64,000 nucleotides of DNA from Mobula hypostoma (lineage: Eukaryota), in the NCBI RefSeq assembly GCF_963921235.1, contig NC_086108.1, forward strand, positions 83,206,001 through 83,270,000, written 5' to 3'. Positions 12,430 through 25,400 of this stretch are shown in pieces. Position 1 is the first letter of the stretch. Every line of letters starts with the position of its first letter. The position numbers and the translations under genes were made by a program. The notes under the pieces were generated by a model, which worked only from the letters and a program-made list of their open reading frames with translations, was not told the origin of the DNA and did not search any database.

Positions 12430-14360
12430 AGTTAAACTAAGCTAAAAATGTTTTGTTGATAATTTTCACTTATACTCAGTGACTAATACCTCTCGCTTAA
12501 GTGTCCAACAATAATCAGCCAGCATTGATGGAATCCAGTTGCCCTGATACAGTTTCTTCATGACCACAATGTCCTGTTGAAGCCCTTCACCAACCTTGTC
12601 ACTGACAATGCCAAGATTCACAGGGAAGAAGTCTAAATGGAATGTTCTGTATACTTGGAGAATGTTATCAACCAGCTGCACATGGTTTGGTGGCTCTGTA
12701 GTCTCGAAGAACATTTTCAACAACATCCTTAAATAGATAGACAGATAGATAGATAGATAGATATACTTCATTGATCCCGAGGGAAATTGGGTTTCGTTAC
12801 AGCCGCACCAACCGAGAAAAGAGCATAAATATAGCAATACAAAAACCACAAACAATCTAACAACAAAATGCAAACTATGCCAGATGGAAATAAGTCCAGG
12901 ACCAGCCTATTGGCTCAGGGTGTCTGACCCTCCACGGGAGGAGCTGCAAAGTTCGATGGCCACAGGCAGGAACAACCACATGTGACGCCCAGTGTTGTAT
13001 CTCGGTGGAATATTGCCGGAGTCCAACAGCAAAAAGTTCAATATCCGGTCTACAAACACGTTCCTCAATCGTAATATGACCCGGATTGCACCATCTGTTG
13101 TTAACCAGAACCCCCATTAAGCACCCAACTCCTTTACATTTACCGCTCTCAGTGCACTTCCGGTCAGCCTGAACGGTCTGGAGGCCGTCCATGGGAAAGT
13201 TTTGATCGGGTATGTCCTCGTGCAGCCCCATTCCAGTTAAACACATAACACTGTACTCCCAAAATGTTCTCTGACGCCTGGCTAGCTCCATGAACTCGTC
13301 CATTTTATTACCCACTGAACTCCTCTTCTTCATAAGTCTCTGTTGTCTCAACCCAGTCCTCTTTCCTCGCCTTTGTGATCCCCCTCTGCATCCTCTGTGT
13401 GTTTTCCTCCAGATTTCAGCAGGGGTGTCCGCCGTTCTGCTTGCTAAACCGGCCAGCATAAGCTCAATTAGCTGCTCCCTGGAATAAACAATGCGACCAT
13501 GCTTCTGCCCCGCTAATGAGACGTGTCGGAATGTAACTATTTCCAGCGCTAAAAACCCAAATAAAACCCTCTCTACCAGCATGTTAGACAGGATGCAGCT
13601 TCAACGTGTTACCATGAAAAAAAATACAAAAAATAACATAAGTCAAAAAAGTAAGAATTAGTCAGAACGGCTGTAACAGGCTGCATGCACGACTGGCGCA
13701 CGTGCACTAGTACTCCCCTCCAGTCTCACTAGAAGTTCGTCAAGTTGCCTGACATTAATGACCTGTTTGATTAGTGGACCAACAAAAATGCTTTCCTTAA
13801 TCTTGGTATCAGTTATACTGGGAAATACCTGGCTCAAATATCAAAGACCTTCACCTTCCTTGTTCACCACTTCCACAAATTTCTTCATTAGTCCAAGTTT
13901 TATACGAAGAGGAGGCAAATAGGGGAGTAATGAGGTGGAAGGGAAAGGTGGTGTGGTAGCCATATTAATAAAGGAAGCATCTCTTGTGATTATAAATTTA
14001 TTTGCAACTTTGCCACTACTAAGTTCTTTTTGCCCAGCACATAAAGTAACATTTCATGGGATTGCTGGGTCTACAAGTGGCTTATGTGCCACAAACCTCT
14101 GCCCTAAAGCCACTGCTTACAGAGAGGCCAGTCATTTTTAATGTAATGAGATTCTTTTGCACGGCTGTCTCATTTGCAAGTGAAACAGCAGTACGAGGTG
14201 TATCTGATCTGCACTCTAGTAGCAGTACTACAACTTTCAGATCACCACACATGTTCCATTTGTAGCTACTATACTGTATGCTTTTCAACAAGACTTCCAG
14301 ATTCCGGTAGTTTTTCTTTCATGTGTACTGCATAGCCAATTGCTATTGAAGGGTGGGCCT
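12430..14360 (-). mobile_element. Degenerate DNA transposase, Chapaev3/CMC-like
   Basis: Motifs in order: KWNMCGDLKVVVLLL, LPPLRIKLGLMKKFV..IKESIFVGP, HLDFFPVNLGIVSD..YQGNWIPSMLADYCWTLKR. Family name assigned from memory. Confidence 0.65.
12734..13708 (-). mobile_element. Internally deleted Rex1/Babar derivative (5' APE region joined to a short 3' end)
   Basis: ORF 12875-13582: YSREQL..RGCRGG..NKMDE..VQADR..SGK..VNNRWC..PDIELFAVGLR; (TATC)n tail; 3' end repeated at 14862-14925. Confidence 0.7.
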
Positions 14361-14474
14361 TGCTGTTGTGTACTAAAACAGCTTTCAGGCTTAACATTGA
14401 AGGATCAATAAAAAAGACACCACTATTGTGTGTCTAGATATATCCACAGTTATACTCCACACTGTAAAGAAATT

Positions 14475-14652
14475 AACACATAAAATGCAGAGGAACTGAG
14501 CACCTCAGATAACATCTATGCAGAGGAATATACAGTTGATATTTCGGGTCAAGACTCTTCACCAGGACTGGATGCTTTCATTTCCATAGATGCTGCTGCA
14601 TTTTGTGTGTGGATTACTCTGGATTTCCAGCAAATGCAGAATCTCGTGTGTT
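14475..14652. mobile_element. Older inverted PLE-repeat mini-element with decayed HHR
   Basis: Antisense arm ..gttgatatttcgggtcaagactcttcaccaggact followed by a sense arm ..gatttccagcaaatgcagaatctcgtgtg. Confidence 0.65.
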
Positions 14653-15450
14653 TATCAATAGGTCACATTTTGGAGGCCTGCATACCACTAAAGGTGAGAT
14701 GAGTAGCATTATGAATAAATTGAGAAATGTTACTTTTTGTTGCTAGGCAAAAAGAATTTAATAGTGGCAAAGTTGCAGAATAAATCTACAATCACGAGGG
14801 ATGCTTCCTTTATTAATGAGGTTATCACACCTTCTTTCAGTTCCACCTCATTACTCCCCCTATAGTATAGTCATACTTTATTGATCCCGAGGGAAATTGG
14901 GTTTCGTTACAGTTGCACCAACCAACTGTTTCATGTAGTATATTTCATGACCTGAAGATAGATCAGCTGGTTGAGTGATGTTGGAATAACAACCTCAAAA
15001 TTAATGTCAGTAAGTCCAAGGAATTGATTGTAGACTTCAGGAAGGGGAAATCGAGGGAACACACACCAGTCCTCATCGAGGGATCAGCAGTGAGCTGTTT
15101 CAAGCTCCTGGGTGTCAACATCTCTGATGCTCTATCCTGGGCCCCACATATTGATGTAATTATAGAGAAGACATGTTTGCTGCTATATATCATTGGGAGT
15201 TTGAAAGGATTTGGTATGTCACAAAGACTCCAGCAAATTTCTACAGATGAACGGTGGAGAGCAATCCAACCGGTTGCATCACCGCCTGGTATCGAGGCGA
15301 CTGTTGCACTGGACTAGAAAAAGCTACAGAGGATTGCAAACTCAGCCAGCTCTATCTTCAGCACTTGACTCTCCAAATTCAAGGACATCTTCAAAAGGTG
15401 ATGCTTCAAAAAGCTGGCATCCATCATCAAGGACATCCATCACCCAGGAT

Positions 15451-18400
15451 ATAAGACCGTGAGACCATAAGATATCGGAGCAGAATTAGGCCATTTGGCC
15501 CATCAAGTCTGCTCTGCCAGTTCATCATGGCTGATCCAATATCCCACTCAGCCCCAATCTCCTGCCTTCTCCCTGTATCCCTTCATGTCCTAATCAATCA
15601 AGAATCTATCAACCTCTGCCTTAAATATACATAATGGTTTGGCCTCCACAGCTGCCTGTGGCAAAGAATCCCATGGATTTACCACTCTCTGGATGAAGAA
15701 ATTCCTCCTCATCTCCATTCTAAAAGGACACCCCTCAATTCTGAGGTTGTGTCCTCTGATCGTAGACCCTCCCATCATAGGAGACATCCTCTCCACATCT
15801 ATTCAAAAAATGCCTTTCACCATTCGATAAGCTTCAATGAGCTGACCCCTCATTCTTCTGAATTCCAGTGAATACAGGCCCAGAGCCATCAAACATTCTT
15901 CATATGACAAGCCATTCAATTCCTGAATCATTTTTGTGAACTTCTTTTGAACCCTCTCCAGTTTCAGCACAACCTTTTGTCATAAGGCAGGCGCTGGGAG
16001 TGGACCCAAGTACAAGACACAGACACTGCAGTTCTAGGAACAGGACTAGGTTTGTCAAGAAAGCAAGGGGATCTCAGGAAGAAATGACGCTGGACATTGA
16101 CACAGGCTCTGGACGAGACTAGGATTCAGGGCCTGGGCAAGGGCTTAGACTAGAAACACGGGACCCGGATGGGGAACTAGGAACGAGGAGCCTGGAATAG
16201 GAACACAGAACTCCAGAACCAGAGCCTGGACAGGGACCCAGAACCTGGGTCTTGACTCGGAACCGGACCCCGGGTCTAGGCTAGGACTATGGACTAGAAT
16301 TTTGGCAAGGACTGGACGTGGAACTCCTGCACAGGATGAGGCACATGGACAGGATGAGAACACAAAGCCTTGACTTGGACAGGACAAGGTTCTTGGACGT
16401 GGCTTAGACAGGATGAGACACCCCTGGGCTGGGCAAGGAATCTCCAGCACAGGACGTGGCTCTTAAACTATATTTGGCTCGGCTCTTGGACTCAGCTTGG
16501 TTAGGCTCTTGGGTACAGAGCCGGAACTCCTCCTTGGAGCAGAGGTCCGGGACCCTTCCAAAGACGCAGGGCCCGGACCCTTTCTAGGACGCAGGGCTGG
16601 GATGACTGCCGAGGTAAACTGCCGAGGGTTCGGATGGGGACAATCCTGCACAGGACAAAGAATATCCAGCACAAGATGAGGAATCTCCAGCACTGGGCTG
16701 GGCAAGAACATGAAACCTTGGACTGGAACATGATGCCTGGAACTTGGGACACAGGAACACAGAACACAGAATCAGGACCCCTCCTTGGGAACAGGACCTA
16801 GGGCCGGGACTCTTCTTTGACACGAACATTAAACACAGGGGCACAAAGAGATAGTTCCAAACTCAACCATAGGTAGTTCCTTATCTTGGCGTGGCAAGGC
16901 TCCAGTCTCACTCCAGCAGTTGAACTTGACAGGGATGCAGATGAGGCTTCAGAAGGAAGGGGAAGATAACAGTCCAGCAAACAATCCCTGGTTTGTAGAG
17001 GTATTTATGTGCCAGACCAAAATGAGAATCAGGTGCCTCAATTAAGGCACCCAACAGAACAAGGGAGAAAAGAGGAAAACCCGGAACAATGGACCGGACC
17101 GTGAACCGGAATACAGACTTCACGGACCGGACTATGACACCTTTCTAAGGTAAGGGGACCAACACTGCTCACAACACTCCAAGTGAGGCCTCGCCAGTGT
17201 TTTATAAAAGCTCAACATTACATCCTTGCTTTTATATTCTAGTCCTCTTGAAATTAATACTAACATCACATTTTCCTGCCTCACCACAGACTCAATCTGC
17301 AAATTAATATTTATGGAACCCTGCACAAGGACTTCCAAGTCCCTCATTTTTTTTTATATTTTCTCTCCATTTAGAAACTAGTCAACCCTTTCATTTTTTC
17401 TACCAAAGTGCATGACCATACACTTCCAACACTGTATTTCATCTGCCATTTCTTTGCCTGTTATGCTAATCTGTCTAAGTCCTTCTATAGCATCTCTACA
17501 TCCTCAAAATTACCTGCCCCTTCACCCATCTTCATATCATCTGCAAACTTTACAACAAAGCCATCAATTCCATCATCCAAATCATTGACATATTGAAAAA
17601 AAGAATCGGTTCCAACGCCAGTCCCTGTGAATCACTACTAGTCACCAGCAGCCAAGCAGAAAAGGTTCCCTTTATTCCCACACTTTGCCTCCTGCCAATA
17701 AGCCACTGCCTTATCCACGCTAGAATCTTTCCAGTAAAATCATGGGCTCGTGGCTTGTTAAGCAGCCTTCTGTGTGGCACCTGTCAAAGGCCTTCTGAAA
17801 ATCCAAGTACACAACAACAACTGATTCTCCTTTGTCTATCCTGCTTGTTATTTCTTAAAAGAATTTGTCAGACAATATTTTCCCTCGAGGAAACCATGCT
17901 GACTATGGCCTGTATTATCATGTGCCTTCAAGTACCAGGAAACCACATCCTCAGTAATTGACTCCAACATCTTCCCAACAACTGAGGTCAGACTAACTGG
18001 CCTATATTCTCCTTTCTTCTGCCTCTTTCGCTTCCTGAAGAGTGGAGTAACATTTGCAATTTTCCAGTCCCCTGGAACTATTCCAGAATCTAGTGATTCT
18101 TGAAAGATCATTATTAATGCCTCCACAATCATTTCAGCCACCTCTTTGAGAACCCTGGCATGTACACGATCTGGTCCAGGTGACTTATCTACAAACGTTT
18201 GTACTTTCAGACCTTTCAGTTTCCCACAAACCTTCTCTCAAGTGATGGTAACTTCACACAATTTATGACCCCTGACACCTGGAACTCCCACATACTAATA
18301 GTGAAAACTGATGCAAAATACTTATTCAGTTCATCCACCATTTCCTTTTTCCCCAATACTAACTCTCCAGCATCATCTTCCAGCAGTCTGATATCCACTC

Positions 18401-21003
18401 TCACCTCTCTTTTTCACTTTATGTATCTGAAGAACCTTTTGTATCCTCTTTAATATTACTGACTAGTTTACTTTCGTATTCCATCTTTACCTTCTTAATG
18501 ACTTTTTCAGTTGGCTTCTGATGGTTTTTGAAAGCTTCTCTAACTTCCCACTAACTTTTGCTTTATTATATGCCCTCTCTTTGGCTTTTATGTTGGCTTT
18601 GACTTCTCTTGTTAGCCATGGTTGTGTCATCTTGCCTTTAGAGTATTTCTTTTCTTTGGGATGTATATATACTGTGCTTTCTGAATTGCTTCCAGAAATT
18701 TCAACCATTGCTGCTCTGCCATCATCCCTGCCAGTGTTCTTTTCCAATCGATTCTGGTCAGCTCCTCCCTCATGCCTCTGTAATTCCCTTTACTCCACTG
18801 TAATACTGATTCATCTGACTTAAGCTCCTCCTCCTCAAAGTTCAGAGTGAATTCAATCATATTATGATTACTTGCCCATTAGAGTTCTTTTATCTGAAGC
18901 TCTCCAATCAATTCTGGTTCGTTGCACAATACTCATTCCAGAATAGCTGATCTCCTAGTGGGCTCAACCATAAACTGCATTAAAAAGCCATCTCATAGGC
19001 ATTCTAGAAATACCCCCTCCCGGAATCCAGCACCAACCTGATTTTCCCAATCTAACTGCATATTGAAATCCCCCATGACTATTGTAATATTTCCCTTTTG
19101 GCATGCATTTTCTATCTCTCATTGTAATTTGTAGAACATATCCTTACTACTGTTTGGGGATCTGTATACAGCTCCCATCAGGACCTTTTTATTCTAGCAG
19201 CTCCTTCAGTCTATCCACAAAAATTCAACACCTTCTGACCCAATGTCACCTCTTCTAAAGGCTTGATTTCATTTTTAATCCAACAAAGCAATACCACCCC
19301 CTTCGCCTTCCTGCCGGTCCTTTCAATACAATGTGTATCCTTGGACGATAATCTTTCAGGCATGATTCAGTTATACCAATCTGTAACTGTGCTTCAAGTT
19401 TATCTACATTACTCCGTATACTGCGCACATTCAAATATAACACCTTCAGCCTTGTATTCACCCTTTTCAATTTTGTCTGCTTTTTACATCCTTTTACATT
19501 GCAACTCATCCTGTTGTCTGCAATTTTGCCCTACCAACAGCCTTTCCTCAGTACGTATTGCCTCTGTTTGTAACTAGCTACCTAATTTTCCGTACTATCA
19601 TCCACCTTTCCTGCGATACTACTTGCATTGAAATATACACAGCTCAGGACTCTAGTTATACAATGCTCAACCTTTTGATTCCTGACTTTGTATTAGGTCT
19701 TACAAAAACCCATCTCCACAACGTCTCCACTATCTGTCCTGGCACTCTGGTTCCCATCCCCTGCAACTCTAGTTTAAACTCCACCTTACAGCATTAACAA
19801 ACCTTCCCGCTAGGATATTGGTCCCCCTTCAGATCAAGTGAAAACCATCCCACCTGTAAAGGTCCCACCTTCCCTGGAAGAGAGCCCAGTGATCCAATAA
19901 TCTTATGCTGTCCCTCCTACACCAACTCCTTGGCTGTGTATTAAACTGTATAATCTCCCTAGTTCTGCTTCACCAGCATGTGGTATGGGTAACAATCCTG
20001 AGATCACTGCCCTGGAGGTCCTGCCCTTTATCTTAACATCCCGCTCCATGAACTCCCTTTGCAGAACCTCATCATTTGTCCTACCTACATGGGCTGTGGC
20101 TCCTGGCTGTTCATATTCCCACTTAAGAATGCTGAGGCCTCGATCCAAGATATCCTGGTCTCTGGCACATGGGAGGCAACATACCATCCGGGAAACTTGT
20201 TCTCACCTACAGAACCTCCTGTCTGTTCCCCTAACTAACGAATCCTCTATCACCACAGTGTGCCTCTTCTCCTCCCTAACATTCTGAGTCACAGAACCAG
20301 ACTCAGTGCCAGAGACCTGACCACTGTGACTTTGTTCTGTTAGCTCAACCCCCTCAACCGCAGCCAAAGTCACATGCCTGTTGTTGAGGGGGATGTCCAC
20401 AGGGGTACTCTGCACTGGCTCCTTTCCCCTTCCTGACTGCCTTGCACCTTGGGTGTAACTACTTCTCTATATGTCTATCACGTGCCCCCCCCCACCCCCC
20501 ACCATCCTGAACGATCCGGAGTTCATCTGCTGTTCCAGCTCCAACTCCTGAACGTGGATTGTTAGAAGCTGCATCTGGATGCACTTCTCACAGTTGTAGT
20601 CATCAGGGACACTGGAGGTCCCCCTGCCTTCCCACATCCCACAAGAGGAGCACTCCACTATCCTGACTGGCATCTCCACTGTCCTAGCTGAGCAGATAGA
20701 AAGAAGGGAAGGAAAAAAAATAACTTAACCTTGAGCTTTTCTTTTACTTTCTCTGACTGAAGTCTCGGAGAGCTAAAGCCTCAAGATCACCTCTCTGACT
20801 CTGTCCACTCAGATGATGTCCACTGCACCTGCCCCTGCCTGCCTTTAATTTGCTTTTGCTAATCAATTCCAAACATGGATTGGTCGCTGGTCAAAGCTCT
20901 TCCACCGTAGAGACCCGCTGCTGGTTTTTTTATTCGGGCAGTGTACTTGAGTGAAATCCCCTCCTCTCAAAACTTCTGATGTCTGGATTGGTCGCTGGTC
21001 AAA
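15451..21003 (-). mobile_element. Near full-length degenerate CR1 (ORF1 Zn-finger + SGNH esterase, ORF2 APE-RT)
   Basis: VECSSCGMWE..YNCEKC; VIEDSLVRGTDRRFC; MVCCLP; LYLNVRSI; YRPVSLTSVVGK; RPHLECCEQCWSP. Confidence 0.9.
15978..17139 (-). mobile_element. Solo LTR (1162 bp, Gypsy-like)
   Basis: TGTCATA...TATGACA termini; 5-bp TSD ccttt (15973-15977, 17140-17144); CR1 sequence continuous on both sides; internal short repeats. Confidence 0.85.
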
Positions 21004-21862
21004 GATATGCCCTCTCAGCTGGTTGTGGACTACAGGAGGAACGGAGACAGGCTAACCCCTATAGACATCAATGGATCTGGGGTCTAGAGCGTGAACAGAT
21101 TTAAGTTCTCCGGCACAAACATCGCCAAGGATCTCACGTGGCTAAATAGTGAAAAAGGCACAATAGCGCCTCGTTCACCTCAGACAGCTGAAGAGCTTTG
21201 GTGTGGGCCCCAAAATCCTAAGAACTTTCTATAGGGGCACGATTGAGAGCACCCTGACTGGCTGCATCACTGCCTTAGGAATTGTAGTTCCCTCAATGGC
21301 AGGACTCTGCAGAGAGTGGTGCGGACAGCCCAGCACATCTGTAGACGTGAACTTCCCACTATTTAGGACATTAACAAAGGCAGTTGTGTAAAAAGGGCCC
21401 AAAGGATCATTGGAGACCCGAATCACCCCAACTACAAACTGTTAAAGCTGCTACCATCCAGAAAACAGTACCGCAGCATAATAGCCAGGACCAACAGGCT
21501 CCGGGACAGTTTCTTCCACCAGGCCATCAGACTGCCTAAATCATGCTGACGCAACTGTATTTCTATATTATATTGACCATCCTGTTGCTATTTATTATAA
21601 ATTACTATAATTGCACATTGCACATTTAGGCAGAGACGTAACGTAAAGATTTTTACTCCTCATGTATATGAAGGATGTAGGTACTAAAGTCAATTCCATT
21701 CTCATTGCTACCATCAGGGAGGAGGTACAGCAGCTTGAAAACACACTCTCAACGTTTTAAGACCAGCTTCTTTCCCGCCACCATCAGATTTCTGAATAGA
21801 AAATGAACCTGTTAACTCACTATTTCTGTTCTCTATTTGCACTACCTAATTTATATATATAT

Positions 21863-21870
21863 ATGTGTGT

Positions 21871-21925
<55 letters not shown>
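21863..21925. repeat. (TG)n microsatellite
   Basis: Directly visible. Confidence 0.95.
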
Positions 21926-21926
<1 letters not shown>

Positions 21927-22473
21927 ATATAATTCTGATTGTAACTAATAGTTTGCTTTAATGTATTGCACTGGACTGCTGCTGCAAAACCAGGAAGGTG
22001 ATAACAAATGTAAATGACATTAAATCTGATTCTGATTCTGCCCAAGATCGACAATCCTGACTGTCAGGTAGACCCATAGTTTCAGCCCCTCTGAACTCAT
22101 GTTCACATATCTCTTTCTTTCTTTTTAAATCTTTTTATTGAGTAAGTATACAAAAAAGGTAAGCCATATAAACATTAATACAATGTTAAAGTACAATAAA
22201 ATTCCAAAAGATAACAATACCAAAAAGAAAATACTACAAACAATGTAATTTAAGCATAAGAAACCAAGATAACATAATAGTATACTAGATTTTATATATA
22301 TCAATGGAAAAAAAAAAGAAAAAAAAACCCCCCAAAAAAATCCCACCGTGCAACTACCTAAAAGCAAAGCAAAGCAATGGGCTAACTTGAAACCAAACAG
22401 AGGTAAACTTAAAATCACGTCCTCAATCCCGACCTCCATTAAAACAGTGAAAAAAAAACAAGAAGGGTAAATA

Positions 22474-25400
22474 TTACATTAAATGAAAATATCGAATAAA
22501 AGGTCCCCAAATCTGTTCAAATTTAAATGAAGAATCATAAAGGTTACTTCTAATTTTCTCCAGATTCAAACATAAAATCGTCTGAGAAAACCAAAAAAAG
22601 GTAGTTGGAGCATTAAGCTCTTTCCAATGTTGTAAAATACATCTTTTCGCCATTAAAGTAAGAAATGCAATCATTCTACGGGCTGAAGGGGAAAGATTAC
22701 TAGAAATTTTAGGTAGTCCAAAGATAGCAGTAATAGGGTGAGGAGAGATATCTATATTTAATACCTTAGAAATAATATTGAAAATATCTCTCCAAAAAGT
22801 TTCCAAAGTAGGGCAAGACCAAAACATATGAGTTAAAGAGGCTATCTGCCCCGAACATCTATCACAGAAAGGATTAATATGCGAGTAAAAACGCGCTAAC
22901 TTATCTTTGGACATATGTGCTCTATGAACCACTTTAAATTGAATTAGGGAATGTTTAGCACAAATAGAGGAAGTATTAACTAATTGTAAAATCTGCCCCC
23001 AATCATCCACAGAAATGGTAAGCCCCAATTCCTGTTCCCAATCTACCCTAATCTTATCAAATGGAGCTTTCCTAAGTTTCATAATAATATTATAAATCAT
23101 AGCCGATGCACCTTTCTGACATGGATTAAGGTTAATTATCGAATCTAAAATATATATAGGAGGAAGCATTGGAAAGGAAGAAAGTATAGTACTTAGGAAA
23201 TTTCTAACTTGTAAATATCTAAAAAAATGTATTCTTGATAAGTTATATTTATTAGATAATTGTTCAAAAGACATAAGGGAACCATCTAAAAATAAATCCA
23301 AAAACCGTAAAATACCCTTAGTCTTCCAAGTTTGAAAAGCGCGATCCGTAAAAGAGGGAGGAAAAAATATGTTGCCTAAAATAGGAATCGCTAACCCGAA
23401 TTGATTAAGATCAAAAAATTTTCTGAATTGAAACCAAATGCGCAAAGCATATTTAACTATCGGGTTAGAGACCTGCTTAAGGCGTTTCGAATCAAAAGGA
23501 AGAGAGGAACCTAAAATAGAACCAAGTGTATAACCCTGAACAGATTGTAATTCCAATGCTACCCATTTAGGAATAGATAGTATGTCCCGGTCAAGTAACC
23601 AAAATTTCATATGTCGAATATTAATAGCCCAATAATAAAATCTAAAGTTAGGTAATGCTAAACCTCCATCTCTCTTAGCTTTCTGTAAATGTATTTTACC
23701 CAGTCTCGGATTCTTATTCTGCCAAATAAATGAAGAAATTTTAGAGTCAACTTTATCAAAAAAAGATTTAGGAACGAAAATTGGTAATGCCTGAAACACA
23801 TATAAAAATTTTGGCAAAAAAAACATCTTAACTGCATTAATACGACCAATCAAAGTTAAATATAAGGGAAACCATTTAGATGAAAGTTGAGTAATATGGT
23901 CTATTAATGGTAAAAAGTTAGTCTTAAATAAATCTTTATGTTTACAAGTAATTTTAATCCCAAGATATGAAAAGTAATTATTAATCAATTTAAATGGAAA
24001 TTTATAATATAAGGGAAGATGTTTATTAATCGGAAAAAGTTCACTCTTACTAAGATTTAATTTATAACCTGAGAAAAGACCAAATTGTGCTAATAACTCT
24101 AAAACAGCAGGAATGGATCTCTCAGGATTAGAAATATATAAAAGTAAATCATCAGCATAGAGTGATAATTTATGGGACTTTAATCCCCGAGTTATCCCAG
24201 TAATATTTGAAGATTCTCGAATAGCAATTGCAAGAGGTTCTAATGCAATATCAAATAATAGGGGACTAAGAGGACAGCCTTGTCGAGTACCACGAAAGAG
24301 AGGAAAAAAAGGTGAGTTTAAGGAGTTAGTACGAACCGAGGCTACAGGGGAGTGATATAACAGTTTAATCCAGGATATAAATTTCAAGCTAAAATTAAAC
24401 ATTTCAAGCACCTTAAATAAATAAGGCCATTCTACTCTATCAAAAGCTTTCTCGGCATCTAAAGAAATAACACACTCAGGAACATTTTGTGAGGGAGTAT
24501 AAACGATATTTAACAATGTACGAATATTATAAAAAGAGTAACGACCTTTAATAAAACCCGTTTGGTCTTCCGAAATAATAGAAGGAAGTACTTTTTCTAG
24601 TCTATTTGCTAATAACTTAGAAAAAACTTTAGAATCAACATTTAATAAAGATATTGGTCTATAAGATGCACATTGAGCAGGGTCTTTATCCTTCTTTAGT
24701 ATTAAAGAAATTGATGCTCTATTAAAAGATTCCGGAAGTTTACCAAGTTTCAAAGAAGCCTCAAAAACCTTATAGAGCCAAGGAATCAATAAAGAAGCAA
24801 AACATTTATAAAATTCAACGGTAAACCCATCAGGGCCAGGAGCTTTCCCCAGATTCATAGAAAAAATAACATTCTTAATCTCATCCATTGTAATGGAAGT
24901 ATCTAATAAAGAAGACATATCCTGTGAAATCTGAGGGAAGTCTAACTTATCTAAAAAATCATTCATATATTTAGAATCTCGAGGAGACTCTGATTGATAT
25001 AAAGAAGAATAAAAATCACAAAAGGTTTGATTAATCCCCACATGATCCAATATCAATCGATCATTTTGGTTATAAATCTGATTGATTTGAGATTTAACAT
25101 AATTAGATTTCAATTGATTAGCCAGCAGCTTGCCAATTTTATCACTGTGAACATAAAAATCACTTCTTGTTTTCTTTAATTGGTTTACAATCGAGGACGA
25201 GAGTAGTAAACTGTGTTCCATTTGAAGTTCAGTTCTTTGTTTGTATAGCTCCTCAGAAGGAGCCATAACATATTTCTTATCAATTTCTTTAATCTTGTCC
25301 ACAATTGCCATCTCCTCCTGCTTCTGTTTCTTCCTCAAAGCAACGGAATACGAAATAATCTGACCCCGAATATAGGCTTTAAAAGTGTCCCAAAGAGTGT

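Larger units (their letters stand above)
14955..22036 (+). mobile_element. Rex1/Babar fragment (14955-15450 plus about 21005-21015 and 21698-22036), interrupted by a CR1 and a second Rex copy (21016-21697)
   Basis: ccaggat | atgccctct | tctcattgctaccatcagggaggaggtac rejoins the consensus seen at 1660-1715. Confidence 0.7.

Noticed and set aside
16145..17123. Pro/Ser-rich ORFs
   Set aside because: Chance frames in the repetitive solo LTR.
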